DNA of 64,000 nt from Erysipelotrichaceae bacterium (GTDB lineage: Bacteria; Bacillota_I; Bacilli_A; RFN20; CAG-826). Below, one piece after another: positions 55,772 through 64,000 of this stretch. The DNA is taken from the NCBI GenBank assembly GCA_963588055.1, contig CAVAGB010000007.1, positions 7,699 to 71,698 of the forward strand, in the 5' to 3' direction. The notes under the pieces are model-generated. The model was not told the origin of the DNA, made no database searches, and worked only from the letters and a program-made list of their open reading frames with translations. Position numbers and translations under genes: made by a program. The first letter of the stretch is position 1; every line of letters begins with the position of its first letter.

Positions 55772-57004
55772 TCAGTCTCTTTTGAAGAGATCCCTGGTGT
55801 AGACTTTGTCTTTCACCTCGTCGAGGGCTTTGTCGTAGCGGTTGGCCAGTATCGCGTCGCTCTGCCTCTTGAACGAGGCGAGGTCGTTCACCACGCGCGA
55901 GCCGAAGAAGGTGCTCCCGTCCTCGAGGGTGGGCTCGTAGACGATGACCGTCGCCCCCTTGGCCTTGATCCTCTTCATGACCCCCTGGATCGCCGAGGCC
56001 CTGAAGTTGTCGGAATTGGACTTCATCGTCAGGCGGTAGACCCCGATGACGACCCTCCTCTCCTCCTCGCTCTCGTACTGGTCGTTGGAGGAGTAGTAGC
56101 CCGCCTTCCTGAGGACCTCGTCGGCGATGAAATCCTTCCTGGTGCGGTTGCTCTCGACGATCGCCGCGATGAGGTTCTCGGGGACGTCGGCGTAGTTGGC
56201 GAGCAACTGCTTCGTGTCCTTGGGCAGGCAGTAGCCCCCGTAGCCGAAGGAGGGATTGTTGTAGAAGTCGCCGATGCGCGGGTCGAGGCAGACGCCGGAG
56301 ATGATCTCCTCGGTGGAGAGCCCCTTGACCGAGGCGTAGGTGTCGAGCTCGTTGAAGTAGGAGACGCGCAGGGCGAGGTAGGTGTTCGCGAAGAGCTTCA
56401 CGGCCTCTGCCTCGGTGAAGCCCATGAAGAGGGTGGGCACGTCCTTCTTCGCGGCCCCCTCCCGCAGGAGCGAGGCGAATTGCCTCGCCTTCTCGGCGAG
56501 GAAGGGGTCGCCCTCGTCGGTCCCCACGATGATGCGCGAGGGGTAGAGGTTGTCGTAGAGGGCCTTCGACTCCCTGAGGAACTCGGGGGAGAAGAGGATG
56601 TTCCTGCATCCGTACCTCTCCCGCAGGGATCTCGTGTAGCCGACCGGCACGGTCGATTTGATCACCATCACCGCGTCCGGGTTGGCCTTGAGCACGAGCT
56701 CGACGACCTCCTCGATGTGGCGCGTGTCGAAGAAGTTCAGCTTCGGGTCGTAGTTCGTCGGGGTCGCGATGACGACGAAGTCCGCGCCGCGGTAGGCGCT
56801 CTCCGCGTCGAGGGTCGCCTTCAGGTCGAGATCCTTCTCTTTGAGGTAGCTCTCGATGAACTCGTCCTGGATCGGGGAGACCCTCCTGTTTATCGAATCG
56901 ACCTTCGAGGGGAGCACGTCCACCGCCGCCACCTCGTGGTGCTGGCTGAGCAAGACCGCCAGAGAGAGCCCGACGTAGCCCGTTCCCGCAACCGCAATCT
57001 TCAT
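55772..57004 (-). CDS. ugd: UDP-glucose 6-dehydrogenase (nucleotide-sugar dehydrogenase)
   Basis: N-terminal GTGYVG Rossmann motif; catalytic GGYCLPKD; very GC-rich third codon positions. Confidence 0.85.
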   Translation of the reverse strand: MKIAVAGTGYVGLSLAVLLSQHHEVAAVDVLPSKVDSINRRVSPIQDEFIESYLKEKDLDLKATLDAESAYRGADFVVIATPTNYDPKLNFFDTRHIEEVVELVLKANPDAVMVIKSTVPVGYTRSLRERYGCRNILFSPEFLRESKALYDNLYPSRIIVGTDEGDPFLAEKARQFASLLREGAAKKDVPTLFMGFTEAEAVKLFANTYLALRVSYFNELDTYASVKGLSTEEIISGVCLDPRIGDFYNNPSFGYGGYCLPKDTKQLLANYADVPENLIAAIVESNRTRKDFIADEVLRKAGYYSSNDQYESEEERRVVIGVYRLTMKSNSDNFRASAIQGVMKRIKAKGATVIVYEPTLEDGSTFFGSRVVNDLASFKRQSDAILANRYDKALDEVKDKVYTRDLFKRD

Positions 57005-58092
57005 ATCCTGTAGAACTCCTTGTACCATTCCGCGAACCTCCTCAGCCCCTCGCGGAGGGGGGTGCTTGGCCTGAAGCCCGTATCCTCCTCCAGGGCGGAG
57101 GTGTCCGCGAAGGTGAGGGGGACGTCGCCCGGCTGCATCGGGGCGAGCTCCTTGTGGGAGGCGAAGTCGTAGTCGCTTGGCAGCACCTTCGCCCTGATCA
57201 ACTCCTCCTGGAGGATGCAGACGAAGTCGAGCAGGCTCACGGGGCTGCCGTTGCCGATGTTGTAGAGGCGGCAGGGCGGGAGGGGGAGGCCGTCTTCGCC
57301 CATCCTCCTCTCCGGGGCGCGCTCCATCACCCTCCTCACCCCCTCGACGATGTCGCTCACGTAGGTGAAGTCCCTTCTGCAGTCGCCGTAGTTGAAGATC
57401 TTTATGGTCTCCCCTCTGATCAGCTTGTCCGTGAAGCCAAAATAGGCCATGTCGGGCCTGCCTTCGGGCCCGTAGACCGTGAAGAAGCGGAGCCCCGTCG
57501 AGGGGATTCCGTAGAGCTTGCTGTAGGCGTGGGCGAGCAGCTCATCGCTCTTCTTGGTGGCCGCGTAGAGGGAGACGGGGCTGTCGGCCTTGTCCTCGGT
57601 CGAATAGGGGATCTTCGCGTTGGACCCGTAGACCGAGGAGGAGGAGGCGTAGACGAGGTGCTCAACCCCTTTGCTGCCCCCGTCGTAGGAATGGCGGCAG
57701 GCCTCGAGGACGTTGTAGAAGCCGATCAGGTTGCTCTCGATGTAGGAGTCGGGGTGGGAGATGGAGTAGCGCACGCCCGCCTGAGCGGCGAGGTTGACCA
57801 CGAGCTCGGGGCGATGCTCGGCGAAGACCTTCCCGAGGAGGGCCTTGTCCGCGAGGTTGCCTTTGACGAAGGACCACCCCGAATCCGGGCGGGCCTTGGC
57901 GAGGTCCTCGATCTCCTCGAGGCGGCGCTCCTTCAAGGAGACGTCGTAGTAGTCGTTCAGGCTGTCGAGCCCGACGATGCGCACGGAGGGGAGGCGGGAG
58001 AGGAGGTCCTTGACGAGGAAGCTCCCGATGAAGCCCGCCGCGCCGGTCACGAGGATGGTCTTGTTGTTCAGGTTGATGTTCGGCTCGATCAT
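57001..58092 (-). CDS. NAD-dependent nucleotide-sugar epimerase (UDP-glucuronate 4-epimerase-like)
   Basis: TGAAGFIGS Rossmann motif and YAATK catalytic motif (YxxxK); ATGA overlap with ugd. Confidence 0.8.
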   Translation of the reverse strand: MIEPNINLNNKTILVTGAAGFIGSFLVKDLLSRLPSVRIVGLDSLNDYYDVSLKERRLEEIEDLAKARPDSGWSFVKGNLADKALLGKVFAEHRPELVVNLAAQAGVRYSISHPDSYIESNLIGFYNVLEACRHSYDGGSKGVEHLVYASSSSVYGSNAKIPYSTEDKADSPVSLYAATKKSDELLAHAYSKLYGIPSTGLRFFTVYGPEGRPDMAYFGFTDKLIRGETIKIFNYGDCRRDFTYVSDIVEGVRRVMERAPERRMGEDGLPLPPCRLYNIGNGSPVSLLDFVCILQEELIRAKVLPSDYDFASHKELAPMQPGDVPLTFADTSALEEDTGFRPSTPLREGLRRFAEWYKEFYRI

Positions 58093-58214
58093 GCTGGCCT
58101 CCGCGTTTTTTTTGATTGTTCCTATCATACCCCTTTTCGCGTGCCTCCCCTATATGCAAGAGAGTGCAGGCTCAAAGGAATCTGCCTATGCAACTTCGTG
58201 ATATCGAGCCCTTT

Positions 58215-58553
58215 TCAGCCGTCTATCTTCCCTAATTCCTCCCTCATTTGGGGAATCCAATGGGCCACCGTGTCGAAAACCATGGTCAGTTTCGTGCCCC
58301 CATAATCGTGGACGATTCTATTTCTCATGCCTCTGATTGCCATCCATGGGATGCCGACGTTGTCTTTTTTGAAACGTTCGGAAAGACGCCCGGCGTTTTC
58401 GCCGACTTGGATGATTCTGAACATTATGGAATCAAGCAAAAGAGGATTTCCCTCTATCTCTTCCTCGCTTTTTCCTTTCGTCTGCTCGATGATGAAATCG
58501 AGGTCGGAAAGAATCTTCGCAAGGTAATATCCATCTTCTTTTACGTTATCCAT
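58215..58553 (-). CDS. hepT: HepT-like (DUF86) RNase toxin
   Basis: RNRIVHDY (Rx4HxY) catalytic motif; 112 aa; 8-nt overlap with the upstream mntA. Confidence 0.8.
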   Translation of the reverse strand: MDNVKEDGYYLAKILSDLDFIIEQTKGKSEEEIEGNPLLLDSIMFRIIQVGENAGRLSERFKKDNVGIPWMAIRGMRNRIVHDYGGTKLTMVFDTVAHWIPQMREELGKIDG

Positions 58554-59019
58554 ATATTCTCACGCCGTCCTTCAAAATCTCTTTCGTCAGGGCGAGATTG
58601 CCTTCAAGCTGGCTGACGTCAACGAGATCGACCTTTTTATGAAGCTTCTGCCGAAGGGTCTCGGCGAGTTCGAAGAACCTCATCCCGTCAAGCGGCATGG
58701 AAATTAAAAGATCGACGTCGCTTGTCTCGTTCGCGCTTTTTTTGGCGTAAGATCCGAAAAGATAGCAATAAGACACCTCGGGGAAATCGGCGAAGACCTC
58801 GGAGCACGATCTTTTTATCCTTTCTAATGAAAGCAGCCCATGTTCCTCATCGATCAGGTTCGTTTTCAGCAGCGCATCGTAGATGAGCTTGTATTTCACT
58901 GAGGTTTCATCGATCTTCCCCGCCTCGTAATTGAGGTAGGTCCTTCTTGTGACCCCCAGAAGGCGCGCCGCCTCCTCTTGGGTTATCCCCTTTTCTGAAC
59001 GAATTTCCCTTAAAGTCAT
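58546..59019 (-). CDS. mntA: MntA-like nucleotidyltransferase antitoxin with a fused N-terminal XRE-type HTH
   Basis: HTH LTQEEAARLLGVTRRTYLNYE followed by the NTase motif GSYAKK...DVDLLI; start at the ATG at 59019 behind a GAGGAAA SD. Confidence 0.75.
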   Translation of the reverse strand: MTLREIRSEKGITQEEAARLLGVTRRTYLNYEAGKIDETSVKYKLIYDALLKTNLIDEEHGLLSLERIKRSCSEVFADFPEVSYCYLFGSYAKKSANETSDVDLLISMPLDGMRFFELAETLRQKLHKKVDLVDVSQLEGNLALTKEILKDGVRIYG

Positions 59020-59045
59020 GATGTTTCCTCGCTTCAATATTACGA

Positions 59046-59103
59046 TTTTCACATTCTTTTTCAAGATGATGTGAAATTTTTTCACATATCCATACTTAGT
59101 ATG
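59046..59103. promoter_or_regulatory. Putative operator region of the mntA-hepT operon (two palindromes)
   Basis: ATGTGAAAtttTTTCACAT (8-bp arms) and CATACTtAGTATG (perfect 13-nt palindrome), 30-80 nt upstream of mntA. Confidence 0.5.
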
Positions 59104-59121
59104 TGTATTTTCTTATATCCG

Positions 59122-59158
59122 CTTTTAATACGCTCTTTAATACGCTTTTTAATACGCT
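59122..59158. repeat. Three tandem direct repeats of a ~12-nt unit (TTTTAATACGCT)
   Basis: ttttaatacgc tctttaatacgc tttttaatacgc in the divergent intergenic region between mntA and uppP. Confidence 0.6.
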
Positions 59159-59468
59159 CAAACCGCGGATATCGAAATTCATTCGATGCAGAGCGATGTT
59201 TTTTAATTCGCCACAAAAGGGTCATAATCTATGAAATTCTACTTAGGAGCAAGAGAAAGAGCCGACGAATTTCGTCTATTCTCCTTTCCAGGTCAGTTAT
59301 ATTCACACAGGGAAAGGACGATTCCCGAAGGGCAAATCATCTTCGCCGGTTGGTTCGCCTTCCTTCCATTTCGTTGCCTAGGCTAATAGAATATCGCCCT
59401 GGAGGCTGGGCGAAGCAGGTCTTCGCATCCTCGCCTCATACCTTATATATTAAGGAAAGCAAAGCATC

Positions 59469-60506
59469 ATGGACACATTCATCGAATTCCTCAAAGCCAT
59501 CGTCTTCGGCATCGTCGAAGGCATCACCGAATGGCTCCCCGTCTCTTCAACAGGACACATGATCATCCTCGGGAGCTACTGGGGATTCGCGGAGACCCAA
59601 GGCCAGGGGTTCTATGACTTCTTCTTAGTCATTATCCAGCTCGGGGCGATCCTCGCGGTCATCTTGAGCTTCTTCAAAGAGCTTTGGCCCTTCGGGAGCA
59701 AGAAAAGCAAAGAAGAGAAGAAAGAGATCTGGAAGACCTGGCTAAAGATCCTCATCGCCTCGATCCCGGCGGGAGTGGTCGGGATCCTTCTAGACGACTA
59801 CATGGATAAATACCTCTACAACTACCTCGTCGTCAGCATCACCCTCATCGTCTATGGCCTCGCCTTCCTCATCATCGAAGGTTTCATAAAGAGGAAGTCC
59901 AACAAAATAGAAAGCCTCAACCGCTTAGAGGGAGCCCCTTGCGAAGCGGATGGGGAAACGGATTCCCATCCCCTATTCAACGTCAGCAGCATCGCGGGCA
60001 TCTCCTTGAAATACGCCCTCATCATCGGGCTTGCCCAATGCTTGGCCCTCATCCCGGGCACTTCGAGGTCAGGGGTCACCATCTGCGCCGCCTTGCTCCT
60101 TTCAATCGACCGCACAACCAGCGCCAAATTCTCTTTCTACCTCTCCATCCCCGCCATGGTCGGCGGCTCGCTCATCAAAGGGGTCAGCTACGGCATCAAG
60201 ATCTCCAAAGGAACGGCCAGCCCATTGACCTGGACCCAGGTCGGGATCATCCTCGTCGGCATGGCGGTCGCCTTCGGGGTCTCGCTTCTAGTCATCAATT
60301 TCTTCATGAAGCTCCTCCGCAGCAAGACCTTCAACGCATTCGGGGTCTACCGCATCCTCTTGGGGATCGCCTTGCTCATCATCTTCTTCGCCGTCGACAA
60401 GGGGCAAATCAAGACGGCGGCGGGATTCGCTTTGCCCGACTATTGCCTCGCCCTTTCTAACGAAGCGTCCATCTTCCTAAGCGGAATGAAGGCGCGCCTT
60501 GCTTGA
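59469..60506 (+). CDS. uppP: Undecaprenyl-diphosphate phosphatase
   Basis: EWLPVSSTGH and PGTSRSG motifs; 345 aa with an internal insertion. Confidence 0.9.
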   Translation: MDTFIEFLKAIVFGIVEGITEWLPVSSTGHMIILGSYWGFAETQGQGFYDFFLVIIQLGAILAVILSFFKELWPFGSKKSKEEKKEIWKTWLKILIASIPAGVVGILLDDYMDKYLYNYLVVSITLIVYGLAFLIIEGFIKRKSNKIESLNRLEGAPCEADGETDSHPLFNVSSIAGISLKYALIIGLAQCLALIPGTSRSGVTICAALLLSIDRTTSAKFSFYLSIPAMVGGSLIKGVSYGIKISKGTASPLTWTQVGIILVGMAVAFGVSLLVINFFMKLLRSKTFNAFGVYRILLGIALLIIFFAVDKGQIKTAAGFALPDYCLALSNEASIFLSGMKARLA

Positions 60507-60659
60507 TCGTCGTCCTCTAAAAACGCCCTCGCCAGGAAGGCTCCCGAGCAAGGGTCATAGTCCAACTGGCTTTATTAAGCATCATCAAATAACGCATCCC
60601 TGGATCTTAAAAAGCGGCGGCCGCCATGCAGCCACCGCTTTGAGAATCATTAGGAAAGG

Positions 60660-62141
60660 TCATTCCTTCTCGGGAACGGCGTTCGCTTTCTCTTTGTCCT
60701 CTTTGGAGATGTAGACGACGCAGCAGACTAGCGAAGAGGCCAGGAAGCCGACCACGGCCCCCACTCCCACGCCGATCCAAGGCGAAAGCGAGCCGGAGGT
60801 GTCGATGACGCCAGGATAGGAATAGTGCACGCTGTCGCGATAGGTGAGGCTGACGTAACGGTAAACCTCAGATCCCATGGTGGTGTCTTCCACAAGCTGC
60901 TTCTTGACCTCGGCGATGCTCTTTTTGAATGAGGCGCAGGAAGTAGCCCACGCTTTGCCATCCTCCGAGCCGTTCTTCACGGCTTCGAGCATTTGGATTT
61001 TGCCTTCGCCCGTCAAGGTGATGGTGTCGAGGTTGGCCAAGGTAACGGGGTCGGGCACGACGTAGCCAAGCGTCTTCAGTTCCTTGGTGTAGTCGTTCAT
61101 CTGCAAAGTCAATTCCAGGATCTTCGCGTTGTAGGAGGCGGCTTGGTTGGCGGCCGCGCTGTCTCCGGCAAGAACCGCTTGATTGATTTTATCCAGCCTC
61201 TCTTCGTAGATATCGATGTTTTGAAGAGTCGACTTCAAGCTCTCGATATCCGTCTCGCCAAGCTCCTTGAGGGTGTCGATGGTGCTTTGGACGTCGTCCA
61301 CGTCGTAGTTGACGTATTTTTTGGATTCCAGCTTACTGTCGAGCGCGGTGAATACCGTGCCGGCGCCCTGCTGATAGGAAAGCTCGTAGTCGGAGATGAT
61401 GGAGGCGAGGGTCTGGTCTTTGTTGCCTTTGACGACGTCAGAAGTGCTTCCGGCGGTCTTATAAAGCCCCTCCAAGGAAGACTTGATCTGGTCGTATTGC
61501 TTGGAAAGAAGAGAGATCTGATATTCGAAATCGAGATCCTCATAGACCGAGTCGGTGGGGAAGAGGCTGCTGATCGAGTAATTCTGAATCGCCGCTTCCG
61601 CCTTCGTTTTCGTCGAATCGATGAGGGCTTGGATGAATTTGGTCGCCGTGTCTTGGCTCCCGAAGCTGCTGAGCTTCCCACTTAAGGTATAGGTGATGGG
61701 GGTGGAGACGACGAATTTGTTCGTGGACGAATCCGTATACCCGTTGACCTCGATCGAGATCTCGTTGTTCTTGACGACGCTATTGACGTCGATCCCGGAG
61801 AAATCGTTGCTCGTCTCTTTGACGGCGAGCAGGTTATCCCTGGAGACGATGTCGTAGTAATTGAAGACGGCGCCGTCGACGAAAGTGCCGTTGCCATTGC
61901 CGTCTTCCGACATGGCGAGGTTATAGGAGAACTCCGACTTGAAGGTCACTTTGGAAGGGTTGTAACCGAACTGTATGAGCAAGAATCCGGCGAGCCCCAA
62001 AGCCACGGTGCTGCCCAAGACCCACCATTTGTATTTGGCGATGGATTTGCCGTATTTCGCCCAAGTCCATTTCGATGGCCTGACTTCCTCTTCGTTCTGA
62101 ATGACAAGCACCTGACGATTGTCGTTGTTTTTCTCGTCCAT
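60660..62141 (-). CDS. Wzz/polysaccharide co-polymerase (PCP)-like chain-length determinant
   Basis: N-terminal TM (residues ~40-60), a large periplasmic coiled domain, and a C-terminal TM before a short basic tail. Confidence 0.55.
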   Translation of the reverse strand: MDEKNNDNRQVLVIQNEEEVRPSKWTWAKYGKSIAKYKWWVLGSTVALGLAGFLLIQFGYNPSKVTFKSEFSYNLAMSEDGNGNGTFVDGAVFNYYDIVSRDNLLAVKETSNDFSGIDVNSVVKNNEISIEVNGYTDSSTNKFVVSTPITYTLSGKLSSFGSQDTATKFIQALIDSTKTKAEAAIQNYSISSLFPTDSVYEDLDFEYQISLLSKQYDQIKSSLEGLYKTAGSTSDVVKGNKDQTLASIISDYELSYQQGAGTVFTALDSKLESKKYVNYDVDDVQSTIDTLKELGETDIESLKSTLQNIDIYEERLDKINQAVLAGDSAAANQAASYNAKILELTLQMNDYTKELKTLGYVVPDPVTLANLDTITLTGEGKIQMLEAVKNGSEDGKAWATSCASFKKSIAEVKKQLVEDTTMGSEVYRYVSLTYRDSVHYSYPGVIDTSGSLSPWIGVGVGAVVGFLASSLVCCVVYISKEDKEKANAVPEKE

Positions 62142-62324
62142 AAAAACTCCTTTTCGATGGAAACGCCCGACTAGTATATCTTAAGGCAATGGAAGAAACC
62201 ACATAATTGAGCCCGGCCGCTCTTTAGAGCGCGGCGAGGAAAATCGAAGCGAAATGAGCAAGACGGACGCCTTCGCAGTTCTAGAGAGTGGGCGCCATTA
62301 CAGCCATTTTTGATTCTTGGCCTT

Positions 62325-63338
62325 TCAGCGAGGATCGGCCGATTGAAGGTCATGGATGGATAACGTTCGTAGTTTTTTCCACGTGGGCTTCATTCCGTCT
62401 TCGTTAAAGATGGGCAGGCCCATTCCCTTGAGGACGCCATCCAAACCGATTGGAGAAAGCTCCAAGCCTTTCTTCAGAAGGGCGATTTCGCTTTCTAAAC
62501 CATCGAGGAAATCCAAGAAATCATCTTCGGGCAGCATATACTTGAGGCAGATGACGATGGAGAAGAAATCCCTTTTCCCGCAGGCGTAATAAAGCCCTGC
62601 CTTCGGTATTCCTAGCAGACGGTGGAGGGAGGTATCGCAGATCTGTTTCGTGTAGTCCTTCAAGCGAAAACGAATGAGGGAGTTGCCGTGTGCGCAGAGA
62701 TTGCGCCAGACATTGAGGGAGGACACCATCGATTGAAGCGATCGGGGCGAAAGAGAGTAATACTTTCTGGAGATGCTATTGGCGACGTTTGAGTTCACAT
62801 TTGCGTAGAACTTCCTGAGCGTGCCGAAATCAAGCACATTCACCAAAGCCCACAAAGGGACTTGCCCGCATCCGTCGACGAGGAAATGCCTGACCATGTC
62901 GTTCTTCCAGGCGTAACTTTCGATGAGATCCTCCAAAAAGGAAACGAATTCGCTCGCGTAGCGGGCGTCGTTTTCCCCATTGGCGTTGTAAGTGCTCAGG
63001 TTCAAGTAATCAAAGGGACCGTATGCCTTGCAGAATTCGTAAGCAAGATGGGTCTTCAGATGCCCCTCGATCTCGAGAAGATATTTGAAAAGAAGGATCC
63101 GCAGCGAAGCATCGAACTCATAGAGGCATACAAGATCGTTGAAACGGACGCCCTTTTTGTAGCGTTCTTCCGAAGACCCTTCCAAGATATAGTCTTCGTA
63201 AGCGATGACTACATTGAAGTAGCTATTGTTGAGCAGGAACGATTTCGCGCGATCCTTGTCGCCGATGACCATGCCGCGAGATTTCAGAATCTTAACCTGC
63301 TCATCGACGCTTGAAAATCTATAGGTCCCCATATTCAA
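62325..63338 (-). CDS. Abi_2-family abortive-infection protein (AbiD/AbiF-like)
   Basis: Conserved blocks YEFDASLRILLFKYL and NVWRNLCAHGNSL, typical of Abi_2. Confidence 0.75.
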   Translation of the reverse strand: MNMGTYRFSSVDEQVKILKSRGMVIGDKDRAKSFLLNNSYFNVVIAYEDYILEGSSEERYKKGVRFNDLVCLYEFDASLRILLFKYLLEIEGHLKTHLAYEFCKAYGPFDYLNLSTYNANGENDARYASEFVSFLEDLIESYAWKNDMVRHFLVDGCGQVPLWALVNVLDFGTLRKFYANVNSNVANSISRKYYSLSPRSLQSMVSSLNVWRNLCAHGNSLIRFRLKDYTKQICDTSLHRLLGIPKAGLYYACGKRDFFSIVICLKYMLPEDDFLDFLDGLESEIALLKKGLELSPIGLDGVLKGMGLPIFNEDGMKPTWKKLRTLSIHDLQSADPR

Positions 63339-63544
63339 GCCCCCGCCACAAAAAAAGTCGGGCCTCCTATTTTTTCAATAGCGAGCTCCCGACGCCGGTC
63401 ATCCCTATTATATGCGCGACGAAAAGCGATAGCAAGGGCAGATCTGCAATTCTCTTGAAGTAAGATCCAGCCGCTGTCCCCATCGGCAAAAACAGATATA
63501 TCACACCTATTATCGAATGTTTTTATTATTTGATGGTTTCTCAT
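63335..63544 (-). CDS. Small ORF (69 aa) translationally coupled to the Abi_2 gene
   Basis: Strong SD AGGAGGAAGCGAAATG; stop overlaps the abi ATG (ATGA). Confidence 0.4.
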   Translation of the reverse strand: MRNHQIIKTFDNRCDISVFADGDSGWILLQENCRSALAIAFRRAYNRDDRRRELAIEKIGGPTFFVAGA

Positions 63545-63633
63545 TTCGCTTCCTCCTATGTCAGTAGAATCGTTTTTTGAAAGACTTTTTCAGGCAAAGG
63601 AAACGCCGGGCGGAAAACCCGGCGCTCCAAGCC

Positions 63634-64000
63634 TTAGGAATTCTTCGCGCTTCTTTTCTTCGCGTCGAAGCAAAGGGAATGGATGCTCTTGAGCCCCTTC
63701 TCCTGGTAAGCGAGGTTCTTCACCTTGAAAGAGAAGCCGATGTTTTTCTCTTTATTGTAAGGATCGGATTTCACGACGATCCCCTCATGCTGGAAGTAAT
63801 CCTGCCAAAGGGTTTCCTTGGGCGATTCCAAAAGAAGCGAAGAGGGCGACCAATACTGCGTCTCGGCGAGCTTCACGAGCTTGTCGATGGAATCGTATTC
63901 GCTCATATTGGGGACGTATTTCACCAAAGGGACGACCTCCAAGCCAAGGCTTTCGACGATCGGCTTGAACTCCTTGTAGCTATATTCCTCCCACTGCTTG
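63634..64000 (-). CDS. Partial hypothetical protein (C-terminal 122 aa; 5' end lies beyond the window)
   Basis: Reading frame stays open upstream of the track's TTG start, up to the window edge. Confidence 0.4.
   Translation of the reverse strand, partial: KQWEEYSYKEFKPIVESLGLEVVPLVKYVPNMSEYDSIDKLVKLAETQYWSPSSLLLESPKETLWQDYFQHEGIVVKSDPYNKEKNIGFSFKVKNLAYQEKGLKSIHSLCFDAKKRSAKNS

Noticed and set aside
55670-57028. 447-aa plus-strand ORF and 301/193-aa minus-frame ORFs across ugd
   Set aside because: Extreme GC3 of ugd opens every frame; the translations are Arg/Gly/Val/Asp-rich with no motifs, while the ugd frame has the GTGYVG and GGYCLPKD signatures
57154-58305. 383-aa plus-strand ORF opposite the epimerase gene
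   Set aside because: Same high-GC artefact; the epimerase frame carries Rossmann and YxxxK motifs
1-64000. CRISPR arrays, rRNA genes, IS elements or integrases
   Set aside because: No repeat-spacer periodicity, no rRNA-like conserved stretches and no transposase/integrase-like translations were seen. The only direct repeats are the 12-nt triplet at 59.1 kb and the in-frame coding repeats at 26.7 kb

Overview
This 64-kb chromosomal segment looks like a Bacillota (Firmicutes) genome: cdaA, degV, a lone acpP, gatB/yqeY, patB with a DUF3737 neighbour, CNNM/CorC transporters. The Bacillota assignment is an inference. Most genes are on the minus strand, gene density is high, and many neighbours are joined by ATGA start/stop overlaps. 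Eight tRNA genes (Trp, Glu, Asn, Arg, Gly-GCC, Gly-CCC, Val, Thr) are scattered through the window, each followed by a clean rho-independent terminator.

Housekeeping content:
- Transport and ions: a K+ uptake operon (two TrkA-N genes plus trkH), and two CNNM/CorC transporters.
- Nucleotide metabolism: cobB, udk, gmk, pyrG, deoD, add.
- Translation: gltX, and a TcdA/ThiF-family gene.
- Sugar and lipid metabolism: kdgK-eda, a lipid cluster (two DAGK-family lipid kinases, plsC, ldcA), and a HAD hydrolase.
- Signalling and other: a LOG-family hydrolase, a GGDEF cyclase, cdaA, degV, uppP.

Accessory content:
- a Tad/Flp-like type IV pilus-assembly operon (18.2-22.8 kb) that includes an unlisted 47-aa pilin-like ORF;
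- a membrane-anchored tandem-repeat protein that appears split by a frameshift (25.8-28.1 kb);
- tandem DUF4143-type ATPases;
- a Sel1 / J-domain / HIRAN three-gene operon;
- a tRNA-punctuated accessory stretch (42.5-46.4 kb) leading into a Wadjet/MksBEF-like jetA-jetB-jetC operon that has no jetD/mksG nuclease gene;
- an uncharacterised five-gene operon directly upstream and co-directional with jetABC, encoding three small helical proteins, a 613-aa membrane-anchored protein and a short PhoH-like ATPase; this is the best candidate here for an undescribed system;
- downstream of that, a compositionally distinct GC-rich ugd / UDP-sugar epimerase pair, an HTH-MntA/HepT toxin-antitoxin pair with operator palindromes, uppP, a Wzz-like co-polymerase and an Abi_2 abortive-infection gene with a small upstream ORF.

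No CRISPR array, rRNA, transposase or integrase was recognised.
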